Source of the DNA: Octopus sinensis
Taxonomy: Eukaryota
Length of the DNA stretch: 64,000 nucleotides
NCBI RefSeq assembly: GCF_006345805.1
Contig: NC_043022.1
Coordinates: forward strand, 12,772,001-12,836,000
Direction: 5' to 3'
Below are positions 1-12,939 of the stretch, one piece after another (position 1 is the first letter of the stretch; each line of letters starts with the position of its first letter). The notes beneath the pieces are model-generated. The model saw only the letters and a program-made list of their open reading frames with translations, made no database searches and was not told the DNA's origin. Position numbers and translations under genes: made by a program.

Positions 1-186
1 AACCGCGAGTCAGCAGTGGTCCACACTTCTGTGATCAAAGATGATGCATCATCATCATCGTTTAACGTCCGCTTTCCATGCTAGCATGGGTTGGACGATT
101 TGACTGAGGTCTGGCGAACCAGATGGCTGCACATGGCTCCAATCTTGATCTGGCAGAGTTTCTACAGCTGGATGTACAATTATTAC

Positions 187-228
<42 letters not shown>

Positions 229-1173
229 CATCATCATCGTCGTCGTCATTAAAGGAGTGAGCTGGCAGAATCATTAGCATGCTGGATAAAGTGCTTGGTG
301 ACTTTTTCTGGCTCTTTACAATCTGATTTAAAATCCCACCAATGTCAACTTTACCTTTCGTTCTTTCAAAGTAGTACTGGGGTAGTACTCCTCTCAAAAT
401 TGCTGACCTTGTACCCAAAATCTGAAACGATTATTGTTACTATTATTAGGACCCTCTTCCTCTTTTTCTTCCCCTTGCCTCATATGTCCAATTTCAACAA
501 GCCATCAAAAGCTCAAAACCCTTCTGATGATCTTTCTTTTTAGCAAGAAACAAACCTTCTGTAGAATCTCTACAGGACATTCTCTTCCAGTCTCCTCTAT
601 TCATTTCCCTATTTCATAACTCGCAACCCCTAATGTATCAATTGTCACAGGCATGGTCTTAACAGATTTCATGTTCCAAATCTTTGCAATCTCAAATTTT
701 AAAGGGTTACATGTTTTCAACTTTCCATCTGCTTTCTTCACAATCCTAGCATCAAATGAAAATAAAGGATCAATCAATAAACAAATTTGATTTTCCCTAG
801 GCCTTGTGTCTATCAGTAGAAAGGATTATTATTAAGCTAAGAAATGCATTTATCACCAGCTGAAGACTTGCCATTTGGGGGTTAACTTCTAAACATTAAC
901 ATTTATCTCTCCCATAAAGCTGTTGTTACTATTCAATGGAGTATCTAAACGGTCTTTATTCTAGGATTTATATAAAAGTTTATGGTATGGGAAACTTACA
1001 GCTTGGGAATGGTGGTGCGATGTAGTGATGGTATTGTTGTGTGGTGGTATGGAAGGGTGATAGTATTGCTGTGTGAGGAAAGTGTATGACAGAGAGAGAG
1101 AGAGAGATATTGTGGTGTTGTGATCATGTGGTGGTAGTATTGTATGTAGCAGTGGTACAGGTAGTTCTAAAGA

Positions 1174-1405
1174 AGGCGGCGAGCTGGCAGAAACATTAGC
1201 ATGTCGGGCGAAATGCGTAGCTGTATTTCGTCTGTCGTTACGTTGTGAGTTCAAATTCCGCCGAAGTAGACTTTGCCTTTCATCCTTTCGGGGTCGATAA
1301 ATTAAGTACCAGTTACGCACTGGAGTCGATGTAATCAACTTAATACCTATGTCTGTCCTTGTTTGTCCCCCTCTGTGTTTAGCCCCTTGTGGGTAGTAAA
1401 GAAAT
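1174..1405 (+). mobile_element. tRNA-headed SINE, family A (representative; many further copies, e.g. 6494-6725+, 15920-16143+, 18636-18870+, 23482-23710-, 33225-33453+, 35062-35290+, 55073-55290+)
   Basis: Near-identical dispersed ~230-bp copies; B-box GAGTTCAAATTCC; central GCCTTTCATCCTTTCGGGGTCGATAAA block, which from memory resembles the MetaSINE domain (needs checking); this copy has a 15-bp TSD aggtagttctaaaga at 1159-1173 and 1406-1420. Confidence 0.88.
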
Positions 1406-1942
1406 AGGTAGTTCTAAAGACAGCAGATTCTTTCTTATTAAGCAATTACATCTTTTATACATAAAAGGAGAGACTATTGTAGCAGTGATAAAAAGGGGGG
1501 AAAAGAGAAGAAACAGTCTTTACATGGATCAGTGTGTTGGTGAGTGAGTCTCAGCCAATCAGCAGAATGGCCTTCAATGTGGTTGTAGTGTCTGCCTGTA
1601 TGTGGTGTGTGTGTGTGTTGATGTAGTCCCAGTGCACAGTAGTTGAAGTAGTAGTGAAGGCACATGGCTTGGTGGTTAGGGTATTTGATTCATGATCATA
1701 AGATTGTGGGTTCGATTCCTGGCAGTGTATAGTGTCCTTGAGAATAAACTCTCCCTCCTCTCTACTGTAAAGTTCTACCTCCACTATAAACTTTTTCCTC
1801 CACTATAAAGTTCTTCTCTACAATAAACATTTACCTGCGCCCACCCCCCAACGTAAACTTCTACCCGCCTCCATGCTGCAAAATGTTTCAATTTGACTTG
1901 CGGCTAAATAAAATGCCAAATGCTTTGATTGTGTATTTTCAG

Positions 1943-2026
1943 GAATTCTAGAAACTCCTCCCAACCAGTTTGATGGTAACGCCACAACCAAGGCCAAGAC
2001 TCTCTACAAATCTTGTATGAACATGT
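1943..2026 (+). CDS. M13 peptidase exon w1 ([27 protein letters not shown])
   Basis: ttttcAG acceptor 1941-42, GTaagt donor 2027; phase 1 to 1; KAKxLYxSCxN motif of M13 enzymes. Confidence 0.9.
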
Positions 2027-2163
2027 GTAAGTCTACCTTGGGCTTAAGTGTTGTCTGTGGGAATTGGAAGACGACTGGAGGGTGATGTGTGTGTGTGTGG
2101 AGAGAGTTGTGTAGGGGTTGGTGTGAGGTCCATCCTATGTTGAGGTGTGTGAAAGATTGAGGT

Positions 2164-2200
<37 letters not shown>

Positions 2201-4604
2201 AGAGAGTTGTGTAGGGGTTGGTGTGAGGTCCATCCTATGTTGAGGTGTGTGAAAGATTGAGGTGGTGTGTGTATGTGTGTGTGTGTGTGTGGAGAGTTGT
2301 GTAGGGTTGGTGTGAGGTCCATCCTATGTTGAGGTGTGTGAAAGATTGAGGTGGTGTGTGGTGTGTGTGTGTGGAGAGAGTTGTGTAGGGGTTGGTGTGA
2401 GGTCCATCCTATGTTGAGGTGTGTGAAAGATTGAGGTGGTGTGTGTGTGTGTGTGTGTGGAGAGTTGTGTAGGGGTTGGTGTGAGGTCCATCCATGTTGA
2501 GGTGTTGTGAAAGATTGAGGTGGTGTGTGTGTTGTGTGTGTGGAGAGAGTTGTGTAGGGGTTGTGTGTGAGGTCCATCCTATGTTGAGGTGTGTGAAAGA
2601 TTGAGGTGGTGTGTGTGTGGTGTGTGTGTGGAGAGAGTTGTGTAGGGGTTGTGTGAGGTCCATCCTATTTGAGGTGTGTGAAAGATTGAGGTGGTGTGTG
2701 TGTGTGTGTGTGTGGAGAGAGTTGTGTAGGGTTTGGTGAGGTCCATCCTATGTTGAGGTGTGTGAAAGATTGAGGTGGTGTGTGTGTGTGTGTGTGTGGA
2801 GAGAGTTGTGAGGGGTTGGTGTGAGGTCCATCCTATGTTGAGGTGTGTGAAAGATTGAGGTGGTGGTGTTGTGTGTGTGGAGAGAGTTGTGTAGGGGTTG
2901 GTGTGAGGTCCATCCTATGTTGAGGTGTGTGAAAGATTGAGTGGTGTGTGTGTGTGTTGTGGAGAGAGTTGTGTAGGGGTTGGTGTGAGGTCCATCCTAT
3001 GTTGAGGTGTGTGAAGATTGAGGTGGTGTGTGTGTGTGTGTGTGGAGAGAGTTGTGTAGGGTTGGTGTGAGGTCCATCCTATGTTGAGGTGTGTGAAAGA
3101 TTGAGGTGGTGTGTGTATGTGTGTGTGTGGAGAGAGTTGTGTAGGGGTTGGTGTGAGGTCCATCCTATGTTGAGGTGTGTGAAAGATTGAGGTGGTGTGT
3201 GTGTGTGTGTGTGGAGAGAGTTGTGTAGGGGTTGGTGTGAGGTCCATCTATGTTGAGGTGTGTGAAAGATTGAGGTGGTGTGTGTGTGTGTGTGTTGAGA
3301 GAGTTGTGTAGGGGTTGGTGTGAGGTCCATCCTATGTTGAGGTGTGTGAAAGATTGAGGTGGTGTGTTGTGTGTGTGGTGGAGAGAGTTGTGTAGGGGTT
3401 GGTGTGAGGTCCATCCTATGTTGAGGTGTGTGAAAGATTGAGGTGGTGTGTGTGTGTGTGTGGAGAGAGTTGTGTAGGGGTTGGTGTGAGGTCCATCCTA
3501 TGTTGAGGTGTGTGAAAGATTGAGGTGGTGTGTGTATGTGTGTGTGTGTGTGGAGAGAGTTGTGTAGGGGTTGGTGTGAGGTCCATCCTATGTTGAGGTG
3601 TGTGAAAGATTGAGGTGGTGTGTGTGTGTGTGTGTGGAGAGAGTTGTGTAGGGGTTGGTGTGAGGTCCATCCTATTTGAGGTGTGTGAAAGATTGAGGTG
3701 GTGTGTGGTGTGTGTGTGTGGAGAGAGTTGTGTAGGGGTTGGTGTGAGGTCCATCCTATGTTGAGGTGTGTGAAAGATTGAGGTGGTGTGTGTGTGTGTG
3801 TGTGTGGAGAGAGTTGTGTAGGGGTTGGTGTGAGGTCCATCCTATGTTGAGGTGTGTGAAAGATTGAGGTGGTGTATGTGTGTGTGTGTGTGGAGAGAGT
3901 TGTGTAGGGGTTGGTGTGAGGTCCATCCTATGTTGAGGTGTGTGAAAGATTGAGGTGGTGTGTGTGTGTGTGTGTGGAGAGAGTTGTGTAGGGGTTGGTG
4001 TGAGGTCCATCCTATGTTGAGGTGTGTGAAAGATTGAGGTGGTGTGTGTGTGTGTGTGTGTGGAGAGAGTTGTGTAGGGGTTGGTGTGAGGTCCATCCTA
4101 TGTTGAGGTGTGTGAAAGATTGAGGTGGTGTGTGTGTGTGTGTGTGTGGAGAGAGTTGTGTAGGGGTTGGTGTGAGGTCCATCCTATGTTGAGGTGTGTG
4201 AAAGATTGAGGTGGTGTGTGTGTGTGTGTGTGTGGAGAGAGTTGTGTAGGGGTTGGTGAGGTCCATCCTATGTTGAGGTGTGTGAAAGATTGAGGTGTGT
4301 GTGTGTGTGGTGTGTGTGTGGAGAGAGTTGTGTAGGGGTTGGTGTGAGGTCCATCCTATGTTGAGGTGTGTGAAAGATTGAGGTGGTGTGTGTATGTGTG
4401 TGTGTGTGTGGAGAGAGTTGTGTAGGGGTTGGTGTGAGGTCCATCCTATGTTGAGGTGTGTGAAAGATTGAGGTGGTGTGTGTATGTGTGTGTGTGTGTG
4501 TGTGTGTGCATTGTGTGTGTGTGTGTGCATTGTGTGTGTGTACATGTATGTGTGTATGTGTGTGCATGCATGTGCTTGTGTGTGCATGTGTATGTGTGTG
4601 TGTG

Positions 4605-4641
<37 letters not shown>

Positions 4642-7600
4642 ATGTGCATGCAGAAGATGGTGTGCCGGGGAGGTACACAGAGGCTGGGATTTGGTGGATG
4701 GTATGTTGAGGGGGGGGGGTAGAAGAGAGCAGTTGGTATTAAAGTCCTTATTATTGTTGTTGTTGCTGTCATTGTTATTAATGTTGCCGTTGCCATTTTT
4801 GTTGTTGTTGTTGTTTTCATCATCATTGTTGACATTGTTCTTGTTATTGCTGTTGTTGTCATCTTTGTTATTGTTGTTCTTCTTGTGGTCGTTACTAATC
4901 ATTTTCATTAATTTTCATTATTAATTTTCATTTGCGTTCACATACTCCCTCCACAACTCTGATATCAAGAAATCCTCTTGCGAGCGTGACCTAGGCATCA
5001 CTGTCAGCAGTGATTTGCGTTGGACAAAGCATATCTCTAAAATTGTCAGGAAGGCCGAGGGTGTCTTGGCATCACTCAGCAAGACTTTTGTTAGCCGCTC
5101 TCCAGCCATCTATTTAAAACTGTATACAGCTATGGTACGACCACACTTGGAATTCGCATCATCAGTTTGGAACCCCTATCTTGCACAGAACATTGACCTC
5201 CTGGAATCTGTCCAGAGACGTGCAACCAAACGCATACCCTCCATCAGACACCTACCATATTCTGAGCGCCTTGTTTCCCTGGGCATGGATTCACTGAAGC
5301 TCCGGCGTTTGGCGACGGACTTGGTAAACACCCACAAAGTTATCAACCACCTCACCAACAACAACACTGAACACCTTTTTGATCTCCATGTGTCTAACAC
5401 ACGTGGACATGCCTACAAAGTCAGAAAACAATACAGCTCCCATGACTTTCGGAAACATTTTTTCACGCTCAGAGTTGCTGAAGCATGGAATAAACTGCCT
5501 GCGTCAGTTGTTGACTGCCATGACACTGCATCTTTTAAGGCCCTCATGCTTTCCGAAATCCGCCGAAACTTCACCTGATTATATATACACTTTAGATGAG
5601 TTGTAGTGCACCTGAGCACTGTACACAATTATTATTATTATTATTATTATTATTATCATTGTTCTTACTGTCAGTTGTAGTCAACCGTTGTTGTTGTTGT
5701 TGTGGTCATCATTGTTATTTTGTTGCTGTTGTTGTTATCATTGTTACATCCATTTTCTTCTTCCTTACCATTTTTGTCTTTTGGTTTTCTTCTTTTTTTT
5801 CCATTTTCTTTTCCTTTCCGACCATTTCCAGCTCAGATCCAATATATTGGAGACAAGCCATTCCACCACATTCTCCGTTCTTTCGGTGGTTGGCCTGTCA
5901 TCACAGACCAATGGGATGCTGATAAATTTAGTATCGAATCAACTTTGGCAAAACTCTACAAAGAATTTCACATCTCAGTGATTCTCAATTTCAATGTCTC
6001 ACCTGACGATAAAAATTCCAGTACCAATATTATCCACGTAAGAAATGGTTTCAATTTAATTAACATAACTCATCACAACCATCTTTATCGCTCTTTCCAC
6101 CTGCACCCAAGTTACCCCCACCCACTCTTGTATAAAGTGAGCAACCATGTATCCCTCCTACAGCAATGAATCTGTTCTTTTCTGCACTCCTTCCCCCATA
6201 CTTTAACCTTTCATCTTGCATAGAGTTGCCTCCCTCTCTACTGTAACCCCACTCAGCTAAAAGAGATCTTAATTTTGCAAATTACAGAGTGACCTCACTA
6301 ATGCTGGTGCCATGAAAAAAAAAGGCACCCAATGTACTCTCTAAAGTGGTTAACATTAGTAAAGGTGTCCAGCCATAGAAACCCTGCCAAAGAGATTGGA
6401 GCTTGGTGTAGTCTCTTAACCCATCAGATCCTGTCAAACTGTCCAACCCATACAGCATGGAAAACAGATTTTATCAGATGATGTTGATGGTCAAGGCAGC
6501 GAGCTGGCAGAAACATTAGCACACTGGGTGAAATGCTTAGCGGTATTTCGTCTGCCGTTACGTTCTGAGTTCAAATTCCACCGAGGCCGACTTTGCCTTT
6601 CATCCATTTGAGGTCGATAAATTAAGTACCAGTTATGCACTGGGGTCGATCTAATCGATTTAATTCCTTTGTCTGTCTTTGTATGTCCCCTCTATGTTTA
6701 GCCCCTTGTGGGCAATAAAGAAATAAGATGACGTTGATGGTTAAAGTAATGAATACAGTTTAGAGAAAGTACTGAGCTTTCCTCTCTTTCTGGTTCGTCA
6801 AATCTTAGACATGCTTACAATTCTTATAAAAGCTGTTTAACTTCACCAACGTAATTTTATTTGTTGAGGTAGGATGGGTGAAAGCTACAACACACTGTTT
6901 TATTCCTCTCACACTATGCGTCTCAATAAGTTATTAATTCTTATTGCATGGTGAAATGGAATGCCAGCAGAATCATTAGAGCATTGGGGGTAAAAATCCC
7001 TTGCAGTATTTGTCCAGTCTCTTTATGGTCTGAGATCAAATCCTACTGGGATCAACTTTGCATTTGTTTTGCCAGTGTTAGTAAAATATTGTACCGTGCC
7101 CACGGTGCCATGACTAGGACTGAACCTGAAACTACATGGTTGCAAAGCAAACTTCTTAACTAGACAGCTCTACCTTCTAAAGTTAACCTTCCATCATTTT
7201 TTTATTTATCATTTCTGGATTTTTCTATATCCATCTTCTTCTTCTTTACAGCTTGACCAGGCTCATCTGGGAATGCCAAGCCGAGACTACTACTTGGATC
7301 CAAATGATATACAATATGTAGACGCTTATGAAAACTTCATGGTTTCAGTGTCTGAGCTGTTAGGAGCAGACAGAAACTTCTCAGGGAAGGAGCTCAGAGA
7401 GGTCATTCAATTTGAAACAGAATTGGCAAATGTAAGAATTCTCTTCCTAATATCTCAATCTTAGAATTAAACATGCTATGAATATTACAGTCCTTAAGAC
7501 TGTTGTATTCTATCACCAATTTTAAAGAACTTTATCACAATTTTCAATATGCCTAAACCTCTCCATCACAGTTTTAAGCATATTTTATGTATGTCCTAAA

Positions 7601-10600
7601 CATCTTTATCCCAATTTTAAACAGGTATTAAATATATTCATCACAGTCTTAACCATGTCTTAACTGTTTAGCATTTAAACCGGCCATATTCAGCTACAAT
7701 ATTCTATCTGTTTTATGTTAAAACCAACCAGATTTGGAGCCTCACACCTACCCTGCAACATCATTCTAAAAGTAATCAATCTCATCATTGAAATCTTGAT
7801 GATGTAAGATTCATTTCAAAGCAATGAACAAATAAGCTTATTACATTTGATGCTGTAATCTGAACACTGAAGAGTTAAACCTCTACATCATAATCGTTTG
7901 TCCCAAAAGGATGTGGTTTGATTGGATGAAACTGTATTTGCTTTAATGAAGTCCCATAAAAATCAAGTTTGGCTTGAATTAAAACCCCAACAGATCTCTG
8001 AAGTTTCTGTACAAATTCTGTCAAGATAAATGTTGATTATGGAGAGCAAAATGATCCTTAATAGTGGAATGAAATTAGAGTCAGGCTCATGTTAAGAAAG
8101 TTGTTGAGAGAAGCTGCCCTGCAGCAGTATAAAAGCCTCAAAATTTCAGTTTTATTCCTTGGTTTGTATCTCAAATATCCTCTTCAACAAAGTTTCCACC
8201 ATTTTCGCGTTTCATTTTTCTTTTTTTTTTCCGCAGATCACAAATTCAATTGAAGATCGAGTTGATATGGAAAGCTTATATACCAAAATATCAATAGCTG
8301 AATTGAATCAAATGGCACCAGAGGTATAGTAATATTTTGTTATTTCATACCCAAAAGATATCTTTTTGTGTGTGAGGAGAGTTGTGTGAAGAAGTGCCAC
8401 TCCCAAACAGTTGAAGGAATCCAGAGTAGAGGTAGACCCAGGAAGACATGGGATGAGGTGGTCAAACATGACCTCAGAGAGTTGGGTTTCACAGAGGCAA
8501 TGACAAAAGACCAAGACCTCTAGAGATATGCTGTGACTGCAAAGACCCATGGGATGAGGTGGTCAAGCATGACCTTCAAACGTTGGGACTCACAGAGGCA
8601 ATGACAAAAGACCGAGACCTCTAGAGATATGCTGTGACTACAAAGACCTGGCAAATAAAGTGAGTTCACAGCTGTATCCTACACCAGTTTTGCATAACCA
8701 GTTCCAGTCCATTCAAAAGTACCTTGGATCGTAGGGTGACCTGCTGTGCTTGAGGAGACCTATTGAGTCAAGTACATCAACATCAAAATGAAAATCAAAT
8801 GGAAATTGTAGTTGTGATACCTGAGCCTGTGGCATGTAAAAAGTGCCATCTGAACGTGGCTGATGGCAGCGCACATAAAAAGCACCAACCAATCGTGGCC
8901 ATTGCTAGCCTCCTCTGGCCCCTGTACCGGTGGCACGTAAAAAGCACCCACTACACACATGGAGTGGTTGACGTTAGGAAGGGCATCAAGCTGTAGAAAC
9001 ACTACCAGGTCAGACTGGAACCTGGTGCAGCCTCCTGGCTTCCCAGACCCCGGTCGAACTGTCCAACTGATGCTAGCATGGAAAATGATGATGATTTCAA
9101 TGTTTGAAACAAAACACTATCACAGTATTAGCAACATAAATGCTAACACTGTGTTAGCAACAAAAGACTAAATATTAAGAATAGAAAGCTTTCACTGTCC
9201 CTCCCAACAGATGTGCATGTGTGTGTGTGTGTGTCTTTTGAGTTCAGTTCTTCTTGAGAGAGTTCAAGCTGATTGCCAACAAAGCAACAAGACTTTTGAA
9301 TTAACCCTTTAGCATTTAAACCGGTCATATCCGGCCAAAAGTATTCTGCTTGTTTTATGTTCAAACTGGCCAGATCTGGTCTCTCACACCAACCCTACAA
9401 TATCGTTTTAAAAATTAACAGCTACCTCATCAAAATCTCATAGCCACAAGATAATACCTGATTAGTTCAAGGCAATGTGGATAAAAAAGCATTAATTTTG
9501 GCAGAATGATGCAAACACTAAAGGGTTAAGAGAGTGCTTGGTATTTGTAAATATGTGGTCGAGTTAGTGTGTTTGTTGAGTTGTTGATGCACACACAAAG
9601 TGTGTGCATCTATTCACATAAGAATCTCACATGGGGAATTTGGGGAATAAATGTGTATATATGAGTGTGTGTGTGTATTGGATGAGTCAGTCTCTTACTT
9701 GTGCATCCAGAGACATCAGTCAAATTATGACTCTACTGTGGTATTGAATACTCTTTTTTTGGGGGAGTCAATACAGGACTGATGTGTGTGTGTGTGATAT
9801 ATACATATATATAAATATTTTTAATAATTGTTTATTATTAACAACAAATTGGTCATCTTTGTAACCATAACATTTAGTCTGCTGAAATGAATTGACAGGC
9901 CCAAAGGTAGATCTTTTTCCCTCTTATGAAATTTTATTCAAGTCACATAAATGTAAATTCAATGTAAAAATTTGTAATTAAATTATTGAGTATTAATTGA
10001 AACAGCTGTAGGAAGCAAAGATGACCAATTTGTTATTAATAATAAACAATTAGGCACAGGAGTGACTGTGTGGTAAGTAGCTTGCTAACCAACCACATGG
10101 TTCTGGGTTCAGTCCCACTGTGTGGCATCTTGGGCAAGTGTCTTCTGCTATAGCCTCGGGCCGACCAATGCCTCGTGAGTGGATTTGGTAGACGGAAACT
10201 GAAAGAAGCCTGTCGTATATATGTATGTATGTGTATGTATGTGTAAATGTTTGTGTGTCTGTGTTTGTCCCCCTAGCATTGCTTGACAACCGATGCTGGT
10301 GTGTTTACGTCCCCGTCACTTAGCAGTTCGGCAAAAGAGATCGATAGAATAAGTACTGGGCTTACAAAGAATAAGTCCCGGGGTTGATTTGCTCGACTAA
10401 AGGCGGTGCTCCAGCATGGCCGCAGTCAAATGACTGAAACAAGTAAAAGAGTAAAGAGTAATTACTAACTTCCTAATCTCCATTTTCTTTCCTTCTCTTA
10501 AATGGATATAAACTATATGCTTTATATATACCTATTGTTTTAAGAGAATTTCATTCCTCCAAAATAGTTTTTGCTAGGGTGACTCCAACCAATGGTTATG

Positions 10601-10844
10601 TGTTCTGAGTGCTCGAATAGGTATTCCACTAAAATTCCAATGTGAATGGCAGTTGAAGTCGTGGTTTTGTGACTGCAGTTCCAAAGTGGCTAGAAGTGGT
10701 TTCTCCTTGAGTCAGTAGATATAGGTTAAAGTAAAAAGGAGCGGCAAACAAATTGGCAGAACTTGATGAGGACGTGCTTGTCAAGTCTTGCCAATTTGTT
10801 TGCCGGTCCTTTTTACTTTAACCTACTCTCACACACACACACAC

Positions 10845-10893
<49 letters not shown>

Positions 10894-12103
10894 AACAGAG
10901 ACAGACAGAGAGAGACTCAGGCATGGTTTTGGATTCAGTACCACCACATAGTCTCAGATTCAGTCCCATTGTGCAGCACCTTGGGCAAGTATCTTCTACT
11001 ATAGCCCTGGGCCAACCAAAGCTTTGTGAGAGGATCTGGGAAATGGAAACTCTGTGGAAGCTCATCAAATGTGTGTGTGTATGTGAGTGCACGTGTTTGT
11101 TTTGTGTTTTTCTTCCACCACCAACTGGTGTTGGTTTGTTTACATCCCTGAACTTAGCAGTTTGACAAAAGAGACCAATAGAATAGGTACTAAGCTTTAA
11201 AAATATATCAAGTACTGGGGTCGATTTGTTTGACTGAACCCATGAGGGTGATGCCCCAACATGGCCGCAGTCCAATGACTGAAACAAGATAAAAGATATA
11301 TATATATATATATACATATATATATGGTAGTTGGTCGGCAGTGGTATGATCCCCACAGGGTGGTGCATTAATAATTGCAGAACAGTTGAACCACAGAGCA
11401 TAGTGAAGTACTACAGTACCCAGCAGCAAACTACCAGACAGAGGATCGTTATCTGGTACATAAGCACTCAACCAGTTTGCCCCCACCCGCCCACACCCCT
11501 CCCCGCCCAATTTTGTCAGATGACATGTTTTGTGCCCACCAGACACTGCTCTGTCAAGTACACAGAGCTTTAGTTAAGTATAAACATTTTTTTTCCTAAA
11601 AATATATTTCCAAAATCAGGGTGCGTCTGCCACAATTCAACATCTAGCAAAATCTTTATATATAAAAGAGAGGTTGTGTGCTGTCTGTCTCCTACGATTT
11701 AGATTCCTAACTACTCCCACATTTTGCGGTGCAGTTTAACCAAAACCGGGTATCTTATAGTCGTGATTCATATCGAGCCCTTCTGGGTATTAGTGTGCAT
11801 CTACGATGAGTCTACGATTTAAAAAAAAATTTACCATCAATTTTTCCCATTTTTTAATGCATTTTTGGCATATATAAGGGAAGTAACTCTCTAAAAATTT
11901 ATTATTAAATCTCAGAACGTAAAAAGCTACAGTAACACCCTCCTTCCTTTGTGGTTAGCCATATTGAGATGGCTATTATACTTTACATCTCTAAAAATGC
12001 TTATATAGTTATTTCCCTTACAAATCCGAGCAACTCCGGGCGATACTACTAGTATGGTATAAAACTCTGTGTGTGTGTGTGTGTTTGACAATGGTGGTGG
12101 TTA

Positions 12104-12136
<33 letters not shown>

Positions 12137-12903
12137 CAAAGACGATGATGATGATTAAGGTGGTGATGATGATTATTTTGACATTTTCAGTTTGACTGGC
12201 TGAAGTATTTCCGAAGTATCATCTCCCCAGATGTCCAAGAAAGCGAACAACTGGTCACCATAGCACCAAACTATCTCAAAAATATGTCACAACTCCTCAG
12301 TAGAACTCATAAAAGGTTTGTAACACCTCAACCATATTATCACATACACAACACTGAACAACCATACTTGCAGGCACGTTTATGGCACATTGTGGCACAC
12401 TCTTAATTCAACTTTTATTACTCTCTCTCTCTCTCTCTCTCGCTCCTCCTCCTCTTCCCTATATCTCTAACTTTTTGGCTCTCTCTATCTCTCTCTTTAT
12501 CTTCCTCTCTCTACAACACTGTCTCTCGACATCTCTCTCCACCTCTCTTTATGCTTGCCTCTCTCTTTATCCATTTAAATCTCTCCTCCTCCACCTACGT
12601 ATGCTTGTCACTGTCTCTCTTCTTTTCTTTCTATCTCTCTCACTTTGTCCCTTTCTTTCTCCTTTCTACCATCACTCTTTCTCTCTCCACCCTCTACACA
12701 TGTATGTCTCTCTCACACATTCACTTCCTTATCTACATCTCCTGCTCTCTCTCTATTTCTCTATATCTCCCCCCTCCTTCCTGTGTATAAGAATGTGTGT
12801 GTGTGTCTATCTATCTATCTATCTTATCCCTATCTGTCTATCTCTGCTTTCTCCTTCCTTGCATCTCTCACTTTCTTTTCTCTTGTCTCTTCTTCCCTAT
12901 ACT

Positions 12904-12939
<36 letters not shown>

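Noticed and set aside
2099-4500. CRISPR-like repeat/spacer array and His/Thr-rich ORFs on the - strand
   Set aside because: The spacers are only (GT)n of varying length, the repeat is 66 bp, there are no cas genes and the context is a eukaryotic intron. The ORFs are translations of the repeat.
4012-4924. Long ORFs (298 aa, 148 aa etc.) with poly-N/H/T/V/C; likewise 12382-13401, 38476-38976 and the many YI/CV-repeat ORFs
   Set aside because: These are artefacts of (CA)n, (TA)n, (CT)n and (TTG)n microsatellites.
5702-6169. ORFs 5702..6169, 7273..7464, 21038..21277, 26542..26838, 32864..33055, 33437..33688 and 34672..34854 as standalone genes
   Set aside because: They either read through single exons of the spliced M13 gene into introns or overlap an exon out of frame.
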